From Camelus ferus (lineage: Eukaryota), in the NCBI RefSeq assembly GCF_009834535.1, contig NC_045696.1, forward strand, positions 4,342,001 through 4,406,000: DNA of 64,000 nt, read 5' to 3'. Below the pieces are notes generated by a model, which searched no databases, was not told the origin of the DNA, and saw nothing but the letters and a program-made list of their open reading frames with translations. The position numbers and the translations under genes were made by a program. This document shows, one piece after another, positions 61,267 to 64,000 of this stretch (position 1 is the first letter of the stretch; each line of letters begins with the position of its first letter).

Positions 61267-62599
61267 GGTTCTGTGCGATTTTGTGCGCTCGTCTGCTGTT
61301 TCCTTCCCCAGAGCTCAAGTCACTTTCGACAAAACAGCCAGAGAGGTTTGATTGCCTTCGGAAGCAGAGGGCTAGGCATGTAATCAGGGCTTAATTGGAA
61401 ACCCTGAGTGCTAAGTCTGGCCCTCAGGTGGGCAGATTCCCTGCAGGAGGAAGGATAAGTGCAGACCTCTCCGTGCGGCCTCTTGAACCCCTCCAGAGCT
61501 TAATCACAGGAGCGGAAGCGGCCCTGAATGAGCTCCGCTCCGTAATCAGCACGAATGTCTGTCACCGCTGCACTGCGCCATTTCAGCCAACTCTCAGTAA
61601 ACACAATTCAGCCTCTTTAAAAGATACTGAGTGAGAGGAAAGAGATTTTGTTGTTGGATCTCCTCCCCAGAGCTGTCAGCACTGGGGCTCAGCAGGGATG
61701 CGAGCTGGAGGCGGCCCAAGCCAGGTGGGCGCGGACCCAGCCGCCAGTCCTGTTCCACGTACGGAGGTGCACGAGGCTGCGCGTCCCGAGTCACTCCTGG
61801 TGGCCCGTCTCCAGGGCTGGGCCAGGGCCGGGGAGGCTCTCTGGTTTCTGTTGAGGGGCTTCTCTGTGATCTGACCCCTCAGGTCTGGTGGCTCGCTCCC
61901 TTTGTGTTGCTTGGAGGGCACAGGAATCTCCCTCGGGGCCCCCAGTGCAGCCTTGCTCGGTGCCCACCAGCCAGCCCCTCTGTGAGTGCCCTCTGCCGGG
62001 TGCTGCTACCAAGTCTTTGGAGCATCCTCGCTCTTTCTAAATCCGTCCCAGGCCATATCCTCCAACCTCTCGGTATAGAGGAAGTGCCCACGCCCTCTGC
62101 TGGCGCCCACAAGGAGAGTCCCTGTACAAACTCTTACATGAACTTAGGTTCTCACTAAAGACTGTTTTCTGACTGAGACCTAGAAAAACTAAGAGACTAG
62201 TCACCCTCCTGAAATAGAGGAAGGGGAAAAAAATCCATGTTCACACTGCATGTGGTTCTGGTGGGTGCGACGGGGGATACGGTAGATGATAGGCTGGTGG
62301 GTGCGACGGGGGTGCCTTGTGGAGTGTAAAGGTCCAGGTGGGCCCCCTCAGCCCTGCTGAACGGGGAGGCCGGGCTCCGGTGGGACGAGGAGAGTGGCAG
62401 GACGAGGCGCTTGGTGGCCACACCGTGCAGGACTTGAACTCCTGAGAGGGTTGACTGGGGGAGGTTGGACTCAGGTCCCAGGAAGTAGAATCCAGCAGGG
62501 ATTGGGCTCAGTAAGACCAAGACCCTGGACCTGGGACATACGAGCGGAACTTGCTCAGAAGGCTCTAGCCAATAAAACGGGGTGCAGGGTCTAATTAAT

Positions 62600-63270
62600 T
62601 TCTCTACAATGTGTGAGAGTTTCAAATGCTGCATATCCTTATCCACATTTGGTATTGTCTGATTTTTTTAATTTTAGACATTCTGCTAGATTTGTAATGG
62701 TATCTCACTGTGGATTTAATTTGAATTTCCCTAATAACTAATGATGTTGAGCATCTTTTATTTTTTATTTTTATTGATTTTTAATGGAGGTACTGGGGAT
62801 TGAACCCAGGACCTTGTGCATACTAAGCACATGCTCTACCACTGAGCTATTACCCTCCTCCTTAAACAGCTTTTAAAGTGTTTGTTGAACATTCATATAT
62901 CTGTTTTGTAATATATCTGCTCAAATCCTGTGCTCATGTTTTAATTGTGTTGTTTATCTTATTAATGGTTTGTAAGCGCTCTTTACATATTCTGGATACA
63001 AATTCTTTGTCAGATATATGTGTTATAAATATTTACTCGCAAACTATGGTTTACTTTATCATTTTATGAACAATGTCTTTACAAGAACAGAACTTTTAAA
63101 ATTTAATTAAGTCCGATTGATAATTTTTTTCTTTTGTTTGTGCTTTTGCTGCTGGGCTAAAAAAATAATTGTCTATTCCAAGGACACGAAGATGTCCTCC
63201 TATATATTCTTCAACAAGATTTTTAACTTTAGTTTATTGATCAGTTTCAAATAAATTATTGGAACATTTG
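62600..63270 (-). mobile_element. Old L1M ORF2 fragment, interrupted by a SINE
   Basis: tggtatctcactgtggatttaatttgaatttccctaataactaatgatgttgagcatctttt...ctctttacatattctggatacaaattctttgtcagatatatgt. Confidence 0.88.
62761..62861 (-). mobile_element. tRNA-derived SINE (Vic-1-like, short form)
   Basis: ggaggtactggggattgaacccaggacc...gctctaccactgagcta; degenerate TSD ttgagcatctttta / ttaaacagctttta. Confidence 0.9.
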
Positions 63271-63279
63271 CTTGATCTT

Positions 63280-63922
63280 TTCAAACTCTTTAAAAAATAT
63301 GACATGGGTCTAAAGTAATCTATTTTTAGGACTGGTTTATCCCCTCTACTAAGATGCAGCCCTTCTGGTGTCTGTAACAATTGCCCTATGTACTCAGTGA
63401 ATAATTGCTGCCTGGTGGGTACCTGGATAATTCCGCATTATAAGTGAGTTCTGGGAATCTTTTAGCCTATGGTTACCAAAAATAATTTTTCTTTCCTCAG
63501 TAATAGTCCTTTGCCCATCCTTGTGGATTTTCATCCTAGACATGTGCAGATTCATATTCAAGAGACTCCTGATGTAGACTTTGGGAACTCTTTCTCTGCA
63601 CAGCCTCCTTCTCTCCGGTGCCCTGCTCCACGAGTTCTAGCTGCTACACGCTTCCTGAACTGTAGCCTTTTCCCTCCGCTCAGCAGATTACTGGGATCTG
63701 CTTTTGGATTTCTCTTCTCTGCCTTGTGGTCAAGAGAGCCTGGATAGCCATGGTGTTTACCTCATTTCTTTCCCTTTAATTAGGATTCAAGTTCTGTATA
63801 GTATACCATCCAATGTCTGAAAATATGTACTTCATATACTTTGTCCAGTTTTTCTAGTTCTTTTTAATGGCAAGAGTGCAAATACTATGCCAGTTACTCT
63901 TCCATTGGCAAAAGCAGGAATT
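63280..63922 (-). mobile_element. Ancient L1ME-type fragment
   Basis: tccaatgtctgaaaa..ttcatatactttgtccagtttttctagtt...ccagttactcttccattggcaaaagcaggaa resembles L1ME 5'-region sequence. Confidence 0.55.
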
Positions 63923-64000
63923 TGTATTTTTAAATTTAATTCTTATATCCTTAAGAGTTTGGTATTATTATTAATCCCATTTTACGTTTAGAAAAACTTA

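Noticed and set aside
62258..62312. CRISPR-like repeat-spacer (also 32268-32300 and 21934-21980)
   Set aside because: Only two units each, too short, eukaryotic context and no cas genes
1..64000. Protein-coding genes among the six-frame ORFs
   Set aside because: ORFs are short, overlap in all frames, often start at non-ATG codons, and many lie in repeats. None resembles a protein I recognise except L1 ORF2. Small exons of a spliced gene cannot be fully excluded without alignment

Overview
Mammalian, repeat-rich, apparently non-coding genomic DNA, most likely from a camelid (camel/alpaca lineage). The lineage call rests on three tRNA-derived SINEs resembling the camelid Vic-1 family and on young L1 3' ends; this is recall-based, with no database search. 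I found no recognisable protein-coding gene, RNA gene, CRISPR array or prokaryotic system. The only ORFs resembling known proteins are broken LINE-1 ORF2 fragments. The window contains L1s of several ages, HAL1, L2, MIR, MaLR/ERVL/ERV1 solo LTRs, DNA-transposon MITEs (MER5, MER20, MER58, MER96B, MER2, MADE2) and microsatellites, separated by unique blocks that may be regulatory. Most notable observations: three 5'-inverted (twin-primed) L1 insertions, one with an extra internal micro-inversion; an LTR nested inside an LTR with an intact TATA box, followed by a plausible non-coding splice path; a strong minus-strand bias of retroposons; local AT-to-GC/CpG drift in old repeats; and a facing (TG)n/(CA)n pair beside a CpG-rich block. 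I found no evidence of a previously undescribed biological system. Repeat subfamily names come from remembered consensus sequences, and boundaries of old repeats are approximate.
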